This document shows positions 52,461 to 64,000 of a DNA stretch of 64,000 bases, piece after piece. Both the position numbers and the translations under genes were made by a program. The stretch is from Geosiphon pyriformis uo1. Its lineage: Eukaryota > Fungi > Glomeromycota. How positions within the stretch are numbered: position 1 is the first letter of the stretch; every line of letters starts with the position of its first letter. The notes beneath the pieces are model-generated. The model was not told the origin of the DNA and made no database searches. It saw only the letters and a program-made list of their open reading frames with translations. Where the stretch lies: NCBI GenBank assembly GCA_016748015.1, contig JAAOMT010000762.1:248001-312000 (forward strand), written 5' to 3'.

Positions 52461-53342
52461 TGTTACAGGTGATTATTTCTGCTGTTGAATTAAATAACAA
52501 ACTCATAACTTGATGCTCAAAAGCTACTTCCATGAATGAGATTCTGCAAGTGTGATATCTGAAGGTTTTGATAGAGTCTTTTGTATAATAGACAGAGATT
52601 CAATAGTGTCGATAGTAGATATATCTTTCCAAGAGTTTTCCCCAATTTCTTTCTCAACGTGGTGGCCAGATTTAGTCTGGCAGTCATGCCCTTCTGGTAA
52701 GCTATCCGATAATATATAAAATTCTACCCTTATTTCTGGGTCTTTTACCAGGCTATCCTTGACATCAATAACTCAGTGCTTAATTTTTTAATCAATTATT
52801 ATACAACAACAAAATCAAAAAATAAAGAAAATAAAATAAAGAAAATAAAAATAAAGAAAAATAGAGAAAATAAGCCAAGGCAATTTGGTACATTAATATC
52901 TCGTCAATAGCCGTGATCAAGAGCTTTTGTTCCAGCATGGTTAAGTATCAATTACTATCAACATGAAGTGTTGATAGTAGAGAGTGAGTTGAGATATGGA
53001 ATAATTATTTATTTGATGATTGGGAACTAGAATGTTGCTTAGATTAAATCTAAACTAAGTGGTCTGTCTTTTCAGCTTCTAATCCTACTGCTATATATAC
53101 ATAATTGAGATTCCTCAATTCCTCAATTCTTTATAACAGGAATTCTGGAATTCCTGGAATTCTGCGATTCCTTTAAGAGGAATCCTGGAATTCTGGAATC
53201 CTGCGATTCTTCATCAAGGAATCCTGAAATTTCTGGAATCCTGCAATTTTTGAGAAAAATCCTGGAATTCCACATTTACTACACCTACTTCTGATTGGCT
53301 ACTAATCATGCTAATATATTTTCTATATTTCTATGAGTAACA
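52461..53342 (-). repeat. 5' LTR of outer gypsy element
   Basis: Adjacent to the PBS. On the minus strand: CCAAT (53294-53298), repeat array (~53108-53272) and TATA (53092-53098). Confidence 0.95.
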
Positions 53343-53888
53343 ATGCTATATAAAATCATATAAAACATGAATTTTTGAATTTTTTTTTTTTTATAATAAT
53401 ATAATATATGTTCATTTTTTTGATATTTTTATAATTAATATATTAATAAACTTAATATTTAAACAAAACTTTCAAAAAACATAATTAATAAAATTATATA
53501 TATAATAAACAAACCTTTTAATATTATTTAATATAATTAAATTATTTAAAACAATTAAATATTTAAAAAAAATATTATAAAAATTAGATTTAAAACTGTT
53601 TAATTTAGATTTATATATATTAATAATAGTTTATTTATTTATATATATATTTATATAATAAAATTAAGTATTATATTTAAAGCTAAAATAATAAAATAAA
53701 GTTTAATTAATATAAAAAACAATAAATCATAAATTCTAATTTTTAACAATATTAAAGTATATAATAGTGTTATTTTTAATAATAAAGCCCAAAAATTAAA
53801 TTAAATTATTAATAAAAACATTAAAATTTGTTATAAAAACTTCTATTAAAATAATTAACAATACAAAAAAATTATAAATATTTTAATA

Positions 53889-56800
53889 TTTTTTTTTTTA
53901 CGTTTAACGAGTAAGATCCAAATGCAATTTAGGACTATATATCACATAAATGATCTAAATTAGAAGTGAATCATGCATTTTTCACACGTGACCAGCCACT
54001 CAGGCTGATCAGAACAACACTACGCACTTATTTTAACAGAGACAAGATCCCCTATACCTGAAAAAAACAAACAAGATTTACAAAAACTGAAACCAACACT
54101 AAAAGCCTCAATGACACCCAACAATCTGACCACATTAGCCAAAAGCACTGCAGGTAGACCAAAAACCAGGGCAGGAATGGAGCCATCATGAGGAATAAGT
54201 CTATTTCTTTCCATAAAAGCTTGGTGTTTGGTACGGACTAGCCAAAATTTATCACGAAATGCAAGGCAAAATTTGCATACAAAACAAACAATATTCGAAG
54301 CCACAACCTTAGCATCCTTAAAGACCAAATGGGATTCATGGTACCAATCATCAAAAACAAAACTCTTATACAGAGTAGTACTAATTGTAATATCGGAAAA
54401 ACAAGAGGCCAACAACTACAAAACACACAAAGTAGATCGAGAGAGGCCAGATTGTATTTCCCAAAGAGACGCATGAGCATTTAAAAACCAAGCACAACCA
54501 GCAGCCTCAAAAGGACAAACAAAAACATGGTCTGAGAATTCTACATTATCATAGGACAAACACACCACACTGGGGTAGCACCCATCATACAAACACTTAT
54601 GCATAGTGACAGGAAGCCGATGATGGAAAGATTTCATAAAGTATGTCTGAAGACCAGCAGTATGTGCACTAGTAAAACCAGCAGCCAAGTGAGAATCAGG
54701 GTGCCAAACCAAGAAAAACCTCAACCAGTTAACACCATCATGCAAACTGGCCGCTAAGACCTGGGAACCAGAACCAATCTTCCAACATGCACAAAGAATA
54801 AACTAAAACACACTATGAACAAAGTGCCTAGAATTACCAGAAACCACATTACCCCCAGCCCTCAAAAACCATTCACTGACCAAATGTGGCAAGTGCTAAG
54901 TAGAAAGCGCCACATTTCTAGCAAGCTCATCTGCACACTTATTGCCTGAAATGCCTGAATGACCCTTAATTTTAATCCAATTCACAGTCAAATTTTTATA
55001 ACAAACTACATTAACAATATGGTGACACTCTATCCAACAACAATTCCTAAAGTCTGAATGAGCCAACAATGATTCCGACTTGCATGCATTCAAAGCTACT
55101 TGGCTGTTTGAGAACAAATCAACTGCATGAGAAAAAAGAACACACTCAAGAGCCAAAGCAATGGCCTGCAATTCAGACATAGTAGAAGAAACCAAACCAG
55201 ACACCTTCACACCCAAACCAGAATTAATGTCCTCAAAAAATACCGCAGTCCCAGTTTTCATGGCAACAGTTCTCAAACCACTCAGAGATCCATCCATGTA
55301 CACAGAGAGGTGAACAGCATTAGAGGCCGACAGATTGTCACAGATAACACCAAAATTATGAGATTGACAAACATCAGACAAAGCAGAATTTGTTATAAGA
55401 GAGAAGCATACAGGAGAAGAAGCAACACCACCAAGAAAATGCACAGAAAGTTCAAACCAGAAAGAAACCAGGCCACGGGGATCCAACCTCTTCCAATGCT
55501 TGAACATCTGCCAACTAAAAACAACACCATAACAATCTCGTAATTGTTCCACAAAAGTAATATCATATTGCTTAAGTGAAGAGACACATTTCAGAAAATT
55601 GATCTCATCAAGAATGAGAGACATAGGAGTACCACCTCAATGACGGAAAAGCACAGGCCAGAGACCTGCCCAGAGACAAATTACATCTGGAGAAAATACA
55701 AACCACACCTGCTAAGAGATTATTTAAAAAACTAACACTAACATGAGCCAGAAACATCAAAAGATGACGAGGATGCCAACTAAGAACCTGAAGGTCATGA
55801 GACCTGTGAGAAAATAAGCGACCCAAAATACCAACTGAATTTGTAAAAGCAATAATGGAGGCCAATTTGCTTTCTGTCTGAATTTGTTCAAAAGTCTTCA
55901 AACCATACAAAAAAGAATGATGAAGCACATCATTGGGGAAATCAAGTGGCAGCCTGGATTTAAACTTCAAGCCTTTGCAAATCAGAATATCTTATTTATT
56001 ACACACACTAACAGAAACAAAACTGAACTGAGTTCTATAGCAGACAATAAGGAACAGCATAGCAAAAACCAAATAACTGAATTGCTTATCCAAGATGGTC
56101 TTTTTCAGAACAAGGTTGACAAAAAATCAAACATCCGAGTGGGCCTTGGCCAAGCTGGGCACCAAAAGACCATTAGAAGACAAGAAAATACCAAGATAAT
56201 GATAAGGTTCACCCTTTTGGCTATGGAAATAGGCGAGTCATTGACAGTTAGGTAAAAAGTCTCAACTCGGCAGTTGATAGGAATAGCCATGGTTTTGTTA
56301 TTGTTAATTGAAATGTCATTAATCCTGAAAAACTCACTAGTAACATCCAGAATGTGTTGTGTAGCAGTCTGGCTGCTACCAACCTAGATGGTATCATCAA
56401 CAAAAGCACCAGCCACAAAAAACAACATCAAATCTGCCTAAGATTCTACACGGCCAGTATTGAAAACGAAATATGAATTTAACCTGTAACCATACACCTC
56501 TCCTTGCCTTTTGACCTCACACATAAGCGAATCATAAAATATGTGCCAGAGAAGCAGTGAGAAAACTTTACCTTAATCCAGACCATCATAAACCACATAC
56601 CCATTAATTAAGCCAAAATCTGTCATCACCCTGTTCCTGCGATTATTGTGGATGTTACCAAAAAATCTAATGAACTTGTTACACATTTTAATCCTGATCA
56701 AACTCCTCTCAAGATGTTCCCAACCAATTGAATCATACGCTTTGTGCATGTTTTGTAAAACCAGCCACAGCTCCCTGTTTTTCTCCAAGGCATCCTCGAC

Positions 56801-59800
56801 CACAGAACCAATGGTAAAAATGGGCAATTGCATTGTTGTACCCTTTAAAACAGAAAAATTGTCTCCTCGCAAAACGTCAAACTCACTGCAAGCTGAAGAA
56901 ATCCTGTCTGACAAGATTTTGAAAAGGATCTTGTGAGCTGTTTCAATTAAAGCAATAGGATGGGTGTTTGTGAGAACACCTTTCCATTTATAGGATTTAA
57001 GAATCATCAAAATCCAGGCTTTCCTCCAAGGACCAGGCACCAATTCACAAACCAGGCAGAGATTTAGAAGCACCAAAAGCATATTCAGAACCACTCTGTC
57101 ACAATGCTTCCATAATTCATTAGAGATGCCAGAAAGATCAGCCACTTTTTCATCAGACAAGCTCGAAATAACACCAAACATCTTACTAAAACTAATTGAT
57201 TCCATAACACCAGAGAAAACACCATCAAAAATGTAGTCTAAAGGCCAAAATTGGCATCTCCAATCATCAGAGAAGTCCGAAACCACCAACCACCTCCTAG
57301 TCCATCTTTCCATAATCTTATCCACTTTAGATTTAACCAGCTCAGATTCCAAAACCAACTCATCATCCATTACCAAATGATCCAACACTACTTTGCAAAA
57401 TGGACACTTCAAAACACTTCTGATAGTATGACCCTTGTCCAACTCAAAGTTCTCTATCCTAAACTTAATGGCCTGTCTTATATGAAATTCTTCAGCATGC
57501 TTAGATTCCAGCATCTTGGAAAAATGGTAAGACTTCCTTGCCTTAGCCAGCTTAGAGTGAATACCATCAAAACCAGACTCTGAAAGGAAAAAAGACTTCA
57601 CTAACAAAGCATCAGCAGAGTCAAGCTTGTTCCACTTATCTAATAACAAAGCAAAATTACCTCCAGACGTCAAACAGGAAGCCTTTACTAGCCTAGAAAC
57701 CAGCAACTTCAGCTTATAAAACCTAGAAGACACCTTATTGAAAATACTGTCAAAACCTTTAAACCACTTTTTCTTGAAAGTTCCACCTGCTGAAAAAACC
57801 ATAATTTTGCAAATAACATCTGACATCACATCCAAATCCAAAAATTTTCCAGCCATAGCAAATGCATCTGAGAACATAGAGGCATTGGCAGCCATACTAT
57901 CCCTGAATTCAGCCCACTTCACCTCATTTACATCCTTGACATTAAACTTCCAGCAATCTTTGTTGGTCTGCTTACGTATTGAAGAAAGCCTTGTGTCCAA
58001 CAAACCACCTAGACCCACAGAAACATAAATGGTCTTATGATCAGTGTCAAAAAATTCATCAACATTCAACATGCCACGATCCACAATTGCATTAATTAAG
58101 TTAGAGAAAAGAAGCATATAATCAATAGTCTTAACAACACCACAAGAATTGCACCAAGTTGGCAATTTAGTAAGAGAGCTCTCACCCAGAGAGTTGACTA
58201 AGCCCAAATCAAAGCATTTCCTAAAACTGGTGCACTTGTGAGATCCATTTTCATTGAAGTCACCACCAAAAATAATGAAGAAGGATTCATTCACAGCCCT
58301 AGCGATGAGAGAATTAATATCATCAGCCTGAGAAAAGTGAACTGTCAAAGAGGCACCAGCATATAACCCCAAAATAGAAACAGAGAGTCTGTTCCTGAAA
58401 AGCAATTTCACCAACAGAAGCTGACCAGGCACCTTTAGAACCTTGCACACATGTTTTGCCAAAGATGAGTCCATAATAATTGCAACACCAGATCCCATGT
58501 GACTAGAATCCAAACCAGAAGTAAAAACGCGAACTCCATCAAACTTATCAGCGATCCAAGAATGAACCTTTCCCTTCAACTTTGTTTTAGTAACAATGGA
58601 AACCAAATTGTTCATGTTTTTATGCCAATGTACAATGTTTAACTGCTTCGCACTATTGTTCATACTTCTGACATTACATGTGGCAATCTTCCAAATTAAT
58701 TCAGTTATTGAGAAGAAAGAACATCAGGAACTGAACCACCATTTTCTATTTTAGCCGACAGGCTTATAACCATTACCAAAAAGTTCCTTAATGTTTTTTC
58801 CATTTTTGTGATAACAAAATTATTGAACAACACCACTCCTGCAACAGTCCCACCACTAGTGACCACACCCAAACTCTCACTCATCACTATATCCGCCCCT
58901 TGATTTTGTGACGAAGGGGTCACCAACGGCTGACATTCAGGGCTAAGCTGAGAAACCGTCAGTTCAGGTGTGTCCAACCTCTTAGCCAGCTTATCAATGC
59001 ACTCTGTGAGACTGGCGAGACTGTGCTCAAGAGCAGCAAACCTATCATTCAACACCAAAGACACCTGTGGGGTAGGCTTCATCTCCGAAGAGAAGCCAAT
59101 ACTCAACAAATTATTTCGAACTGGAAAAAAAGGGAAAGAGGATCTTACAACAATTTGTGCCCAGGAGGCACCACCAAAAGACACAGGATGGGCAACCGGA
59201 GCTGAGCATTTGGCATAAATGGTAGCAAGTCTGCCTTTATTAGAATCTAAAAGTATCCTGCACCGTGGACCACTAGAAAGAATCTTCCCACCAACAGCAC
59301 AATCTAGAGATGTATGACCTAAGTTCTCACACTTAGCACACTTAGCCATTATGAGACGAGACCAGCACAAGTTTGCATCTTTAAGCACAGGCATTGTTCC
59401 CAAGACTGCATTTAATGAATCAACAGAGTCAAAACAGACAGCGGCACATCTGGCCTGAGCATATAAAACCAGATAATGGTCAATCACACAAGTCTTCCCA
59501 CCAACAGACTTGATGTAATCCCATATATCATGCACATTTGTTCCCACAGGTAGAATATACAACAAAGCCTTATGAACATCTCTTTTGTTTCATGCTTCTT
59601 TGTCTTTGTCTGATTTCTCAACATGCACTGCATCTTTCCTGATAAGGATAGACCATTCAGCTGCAACTAAATCAGCTTGATCCGATTGCTCAAATTCTAT
59701 CACAGCTTTTTATCACAGTCCTACCAACTGCATTTTGATCAACTTAATTATATCAAAATCGGAAAGAGCAGCATGCACAGCCTCAGCTGATGTTTCAACA

Positions 59801-60640
59801 GGAATTTCTTTTAACACCACTGTCTGATCTGAATGCCCAGATGATTTTCTGAAATCAGTATTTACCAAGATTTTCATATTAGTAGCCAATTCGGTAGCCT
59901 TTACCAAATTCGATTCAGAAGTGAATGTCGCCCGGATGATCCCAGCAAATTTTGAGGGAGTAGAGACCCTTCCAAAACCATTGATTCTTGAAAACAATTT
60001 TCTGACCACCACAAATTTCTCTTGAGATGATTTCTCAGTAATCTTGTTCAAGCCAATATCTAAAACGAAAGATTTACAGATGGAAACAGTGACCAATCTT
60101 TTGACAGGTGGGAGAAATGCCAGTGAAGTATCAAGGAGAACATCATCATCATCATTGTCGAGTGAAAAATCAATCTTCCCTAATAATTTGCCCAGTGCCT
60201 TCTTTGTTTTAACTCTTATGCCTATAGGTGTTTGATCATAATTCCCTTCTGCAAAAGCACTGCTTTCACTGTAGTCAAAACTGGTTTCCTCTACTAGGCA
60301 TTTCTTTTTCATGTCAACACTCTCAGATTCAGTGGTTTTATTAGTCTCAGAACCCCATGAGCTACTTTTCCAGACTTTAGAACCAATATTGTTACCACCA
60401 GAACCACCTTCTAAAACCCCGCCTCTTCTCTTTTTACCTGGAAGAATAGGTTTGAAGCCACCACTAGAAACAGAAGCTTTAGCAGCTTTCTTCATAACAG
60501 CAATACTACAGTTAATGGTGGTCTCATAGTCAAGAATAAAGGGTTTAGATTTATCATACTGAATTGTAAAAACTTCTTTCAAAAAACTCTTTAATTCTTT
60601 TTTTTTTTTGGGGGAATTTGGGACAAAGGAGAGAAAGAAG
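53889..60640 (-). mobile_element. Full-length LINE, copy 4 (best preserved)
   Basis: Poly(T) 53889-53899. ORF1 ~60495-58705 (two RRM-like blocks, CAKCENLGHTSLDC, coiled coil). ORF2 ~58708-54020 with GGDFNE, TIDYM, TDHK (APE), AFVDDTI (RT), YMDGS/SELQAI/KGHSGISGNKCADELA (RNase H) and a C-terminal zinc finger. Confidence 0.95.
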
Positions 60641-61484
60641 TTTTTTTTTATTAATTAAATAATATTAATATTTAAACATAACTTATATGTAAAGATTAAA
60701 ACAAAAATAAAAACAAAATAATACTAAAATTCAAAAATTTATTCATAAAATAAACTAAAAAAAACAAAATTTTTAAGATTTAATTTTTTTACTTTCTAAA
60801 AATTGTTTAATTTAAAATATATTTAATTTAATCTAATAACTGTTTTATTATAAAAATATTATTATATTAAAATAAACTAATTACTTTCAAATAATATTTT
60901 TTTTAAGCATAATTAATGCTAATATGTTTATACTAAATTAAAATCCAGAATTTAAACTTCTTAAAAAATATTAATATTAAAAAATTTGAAACAATATTTG
61001 CTAAAAAGTTATTCAATATATTTATTTTTAAAATTTGTAAATACAAGTTTTTAGTTTAAAAAACATATTAAAATAAATAAAAATTACAATAATAGTTATT
61101 TTAAATTCAATTTAAATTTGCTTAAAAAATTTAATATATACTAAAAAAAATAATAAATAAACTTATTAAAAAAATTTTATGGCAAATTAATCTTAAATTT
61201 TAAGTTTTTTTTAACCAAGATATTTTATTTTTTACATGTTTTTTAAAATAAAACTTGTTTTTATATAATAATTGACAATTAAATAAAAAATTATTAAAGT
61301 CAAATAATAAAACTATTTATTAAAAAAAATTTAATATTAAAATAAGCTTTTTTTAAGATATTTTGTTTTTTAATAAATAATATAATATTTAAGTATAAAA
61401 TTTAGAATTATTAAAATTCAAGTTTTTTTCAAAAATTCAGTATTTTTTTAACATAATATAAGTATTTAATATGTTTAATAATAT

Positions 61485-64000
61485 TAGTTGAGTGGTCCAT
61501 TCTGATCGGGAAAGATGCTGTACACGTGGCTAGGACTAATTCTGACAAAGAGGCATGAGACACAAGGAATTGACATAGGGCACTGCTCTACACATTGCCA
61601 ATGGGGATTAATGCTCATGATATCTGGGATTTTGTTAGATCTGTGGGTAAGAAAACATGTGTCATTGATTGTTATTCTGTTATATATGTTTGGGCCAGGT
61701 GCACTGTTGTTTGCTTCGACTCTGCTGAGTTATTGAATGCTGCTGTGGGAACCATACCAGTACTTAAAAATGCCAATCTCTGCTGGTTTTGCCTTATTTC
61801 TGCTAAATATGCCAAGTGTGAGAAGTTGGGTCATATGTCATTGGGTTGTGTAGTTGGTGGGAAATTTTCTTCTGGTAATTCATTGCATAGGGCTTTTTCA
61901 GATACAAATAAAAGCAGGCTGGCAGCCATCTATGCCAAACGCTCGGCTCCAGTTGCTTGTCCGGTCTCTTTTGGTGGTCTATCTTAGGCAAAGGTTGCTC
62001 GCAGGTCTTCTTCTTTCCTCTTCTCTAGTCAGAAAATTTTGGTGGATGATGGCTTCTCTTCGGAGATAAAACCATCCCTACTGGTTATGATGGAGGTCAA
62101 CAACAGATTTGCTGCTCTTGAGCGCAGTCTCACTAGCCTTGCGGAGTAAGTTAGTAAGCTGGCTAAGAGATTGGATGCATTCAGGCCAATAGTTCTCCAG
62201 TCTAGCCCTAGATGTCAGCCATTGGTGATCTCTTCATCACAAAATCAAGGGGCGGATGTAGTAATGAGTAAGGGTTCAAGTGTGTCCACTAGTAGTGAAA
62301 CTGTTACGGGAGCGGTGTCTAAGCTGAAAGATAGCATGAAGTGTCTAATGGAAATGGTTCTGGGCCTTTCGGCCAAAGTGGATAGTATAAGTGCACATTC
62401 AGTGTCTTTACCCCTCACTTAATGAGCAGTTTGGTCTGGAAATTTGCTACGTGCAACATCAGGGGCATGAACAATCCTGCTAAGCAGAAGGACATTATTA
62501 GGTAGTATAAGAAAATGAACAATTTGATCTCTATCATTACTGAAACAAAATTAAGAAGTAAAGTTTGTTCATGGATTGCAGATAAGTTTAATGGTGTCCG
62601 AGTGTTTACTTCTGGTTTAAACTCTGGTCACTTGGGTGTGGGTGTTGCTGTTATCATGGACGTTTCTTTGGCTCATCATGTGTGCAAGATTTCTAAGGTG
62701 TCTGGTCGGCTCCTGTCTGTCAAATTACTTTTCAAGAGTAAACTTTCTGTGTTGATTCTAGGGCTTTATGCTGGTGCTTCTTCAGTGGTTCAGTTTTCTC
62801 AGGCTAATGAAATCAACTCTCTCATTGCAAAGGCTGTCAATGAATCTTCTTTTATTGTTCTTGGTGGCGATTTCAATGAAAATGGTTCTTGTAAGTGTGC
62901 AAGTTTTAGGAAGTGTCTTGATTTGGGTCTGGCAAATTCTTTGGTCGGAAGCCTGGCTGTGAAATTGCCCACTTGGGCAAACTCTAGGGATGTTAGAAAA
63001 ACAATTGATTATGTGTTGGTTTCTTCAAATTTGGTTAATGCAATAGTATACTGCAGTGTCTCAGATGTTGGTGAGCATTTTGAAACGAACCATCAAGCTG
63101 TTTCTGTGTCTTTGGGTTTGGGTGGTTTATTGGACATACAGTTGAACTCTCTTTGTAAACAGACAAATAGAGATCATTAGAAGTTTAATTTTAAGAGTGC
63201 TGATGATGTGAAATGGAACAAGTTCAAGGGTGCTATGGCAGCTAATGCTGCCATGTTCTTTGATGATTTTACTGCCTCCCAGCAATTTTCAGATTTGGAT
63301 GCAATGTGGGACATTGTTCACAAAATAATGGTTCTTTCAGCTGATGAGGTGTTCAAGAAGAAATGGTTTAAGGACTATGATGGTGTCTTTACTAGGGAAT
63401 CATCCAAATTTCATAAGTTAGAACTTTTGATATCAAAGCTGGTTAAAGCTTCTTGGTCGATTTGTCATGACGAATTCATTTTACTGTTGGATGTCTGGAG
63501 TTTTCTTGATAATGATAACGCCTCTATGGTCAGATCTCTTTTTCTCTCCAGCTCTCCTTTTAATACTGTTTGGTCAGCTCTTTCCAAGATCAGAAAAACC
63601 TATCACTTACTTAAAATAGTGGAATCAAAGTGCATAGAGGAATCTCAAATCAAATCAGCAATCAATAAGAGGATGGAAAGTTTTGAGCTGAACAAAGGTC
63701 ACACTATTTGGAGCATTCTGGAGCACCCTTTCCATAAAATTATTTTGGATCACTTAGTTGTGGACGATGAGCTGATTTTGGAACCTGGTCTTGTGAAATC
63801 AAGGGTGGATGAAATCATGGAAGGATAGACTAGGAAGCATAGGGTGGTTCCCGATGTCCCTGATGTGTGGCACTGTTAGTATTGGCCATTGGATTATGTT
63901 TTTGATGAGGCTTTTTCTGGTGTAATGCAGTCTATTGAGTTTTTGGAATTTTTTGGCATGGTTTCTGATCTGCCTATTGGCAAGGCTGCTAGTCTTTTGG
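61485..64000 (+). mobile_element. 5'-truncated LINE, copy 5, running off the window end
   Basis: Starts mid-ORF1 (EWSILIGKDAVHVAR), CEKLGHMSLGC, ORF2 ATG at 62422 (MSSLVWKFATCNIRG), GGDFNE and TIDYVLVS. Confidence 0.93.

Larger units (their letters stand above)
32964..53342 (-). mobile_element. Full-length Ty3/gypsy LTR retrotransposon (outer element, ~10.17 kb without the nested copy)
   Basis: LTRs 32964-33854 and 52461-53342 (TGTTAC...GTAACA), PBS 52442-52458, PPT ~33855-33870, domain order gag-PR-dUTPase-RT(YLDD)-RNase H-IN. Imperfect 4-bp flanks ctgc/atgc. Confidence 0.96.

Noticed and set aside
27877-53346. atgc before the LTR at 27881 and after the LTR ending 53342, as the TSD of a 25-kb composite element
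   Set aside because: The two LTRs are different families in opposite orientation, and LINE copy 3 does not convincingly resume after 53346. A 4-bp match is expected by chance.
55127-59218. Numerous antisense ORFs of 60-140 aa over LINE and gypsy coding regions
   Set aside because: Shadow frames of TE ORFs, not conserved in extent between copies, with no recognisable motifs.

Overview
Eukaryotic, very AT-rich, transposon-dominated window. Short GT-AG introns and the TE types point to a fungus; a Glomeromycotina/Mucoromycota-type genome is my inference, not shown by the sequence. Only two host genes are visible, in a 2.3-kb CpG-containing island on the minus strand: a 5-exon IBA57/CAF17 (YgfZ/GcvT family) gene and a 2-exon secreted FAS1 (fasciclin) gene. 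The rest is five copies of an RNase H-bearing LINE, two full-length Ty3/gypsy elements (one nested in the other with a 4-bp TSD), three truncated LTR elements and extremely AT-rich spacers. All TE ORFs are broken by C>T/G>A changes. Main observations: (1) the gypsy family appears tricistronic, with Gag-PR-Cys-rich-dUTPase-RT-RNaseH, a separately encoded integrase and an unknown ORF3; (2) Gag appears to start at a GUG conserved across four elements; (3) U5 carries a tRNA-3'-end mimic that can fold back on the primer-binding site; (4) LTR pairs differ almost only by transitions on both strands, including many non-CpG sites, a RIP-like pattern. All alignments and counts were done by eye.
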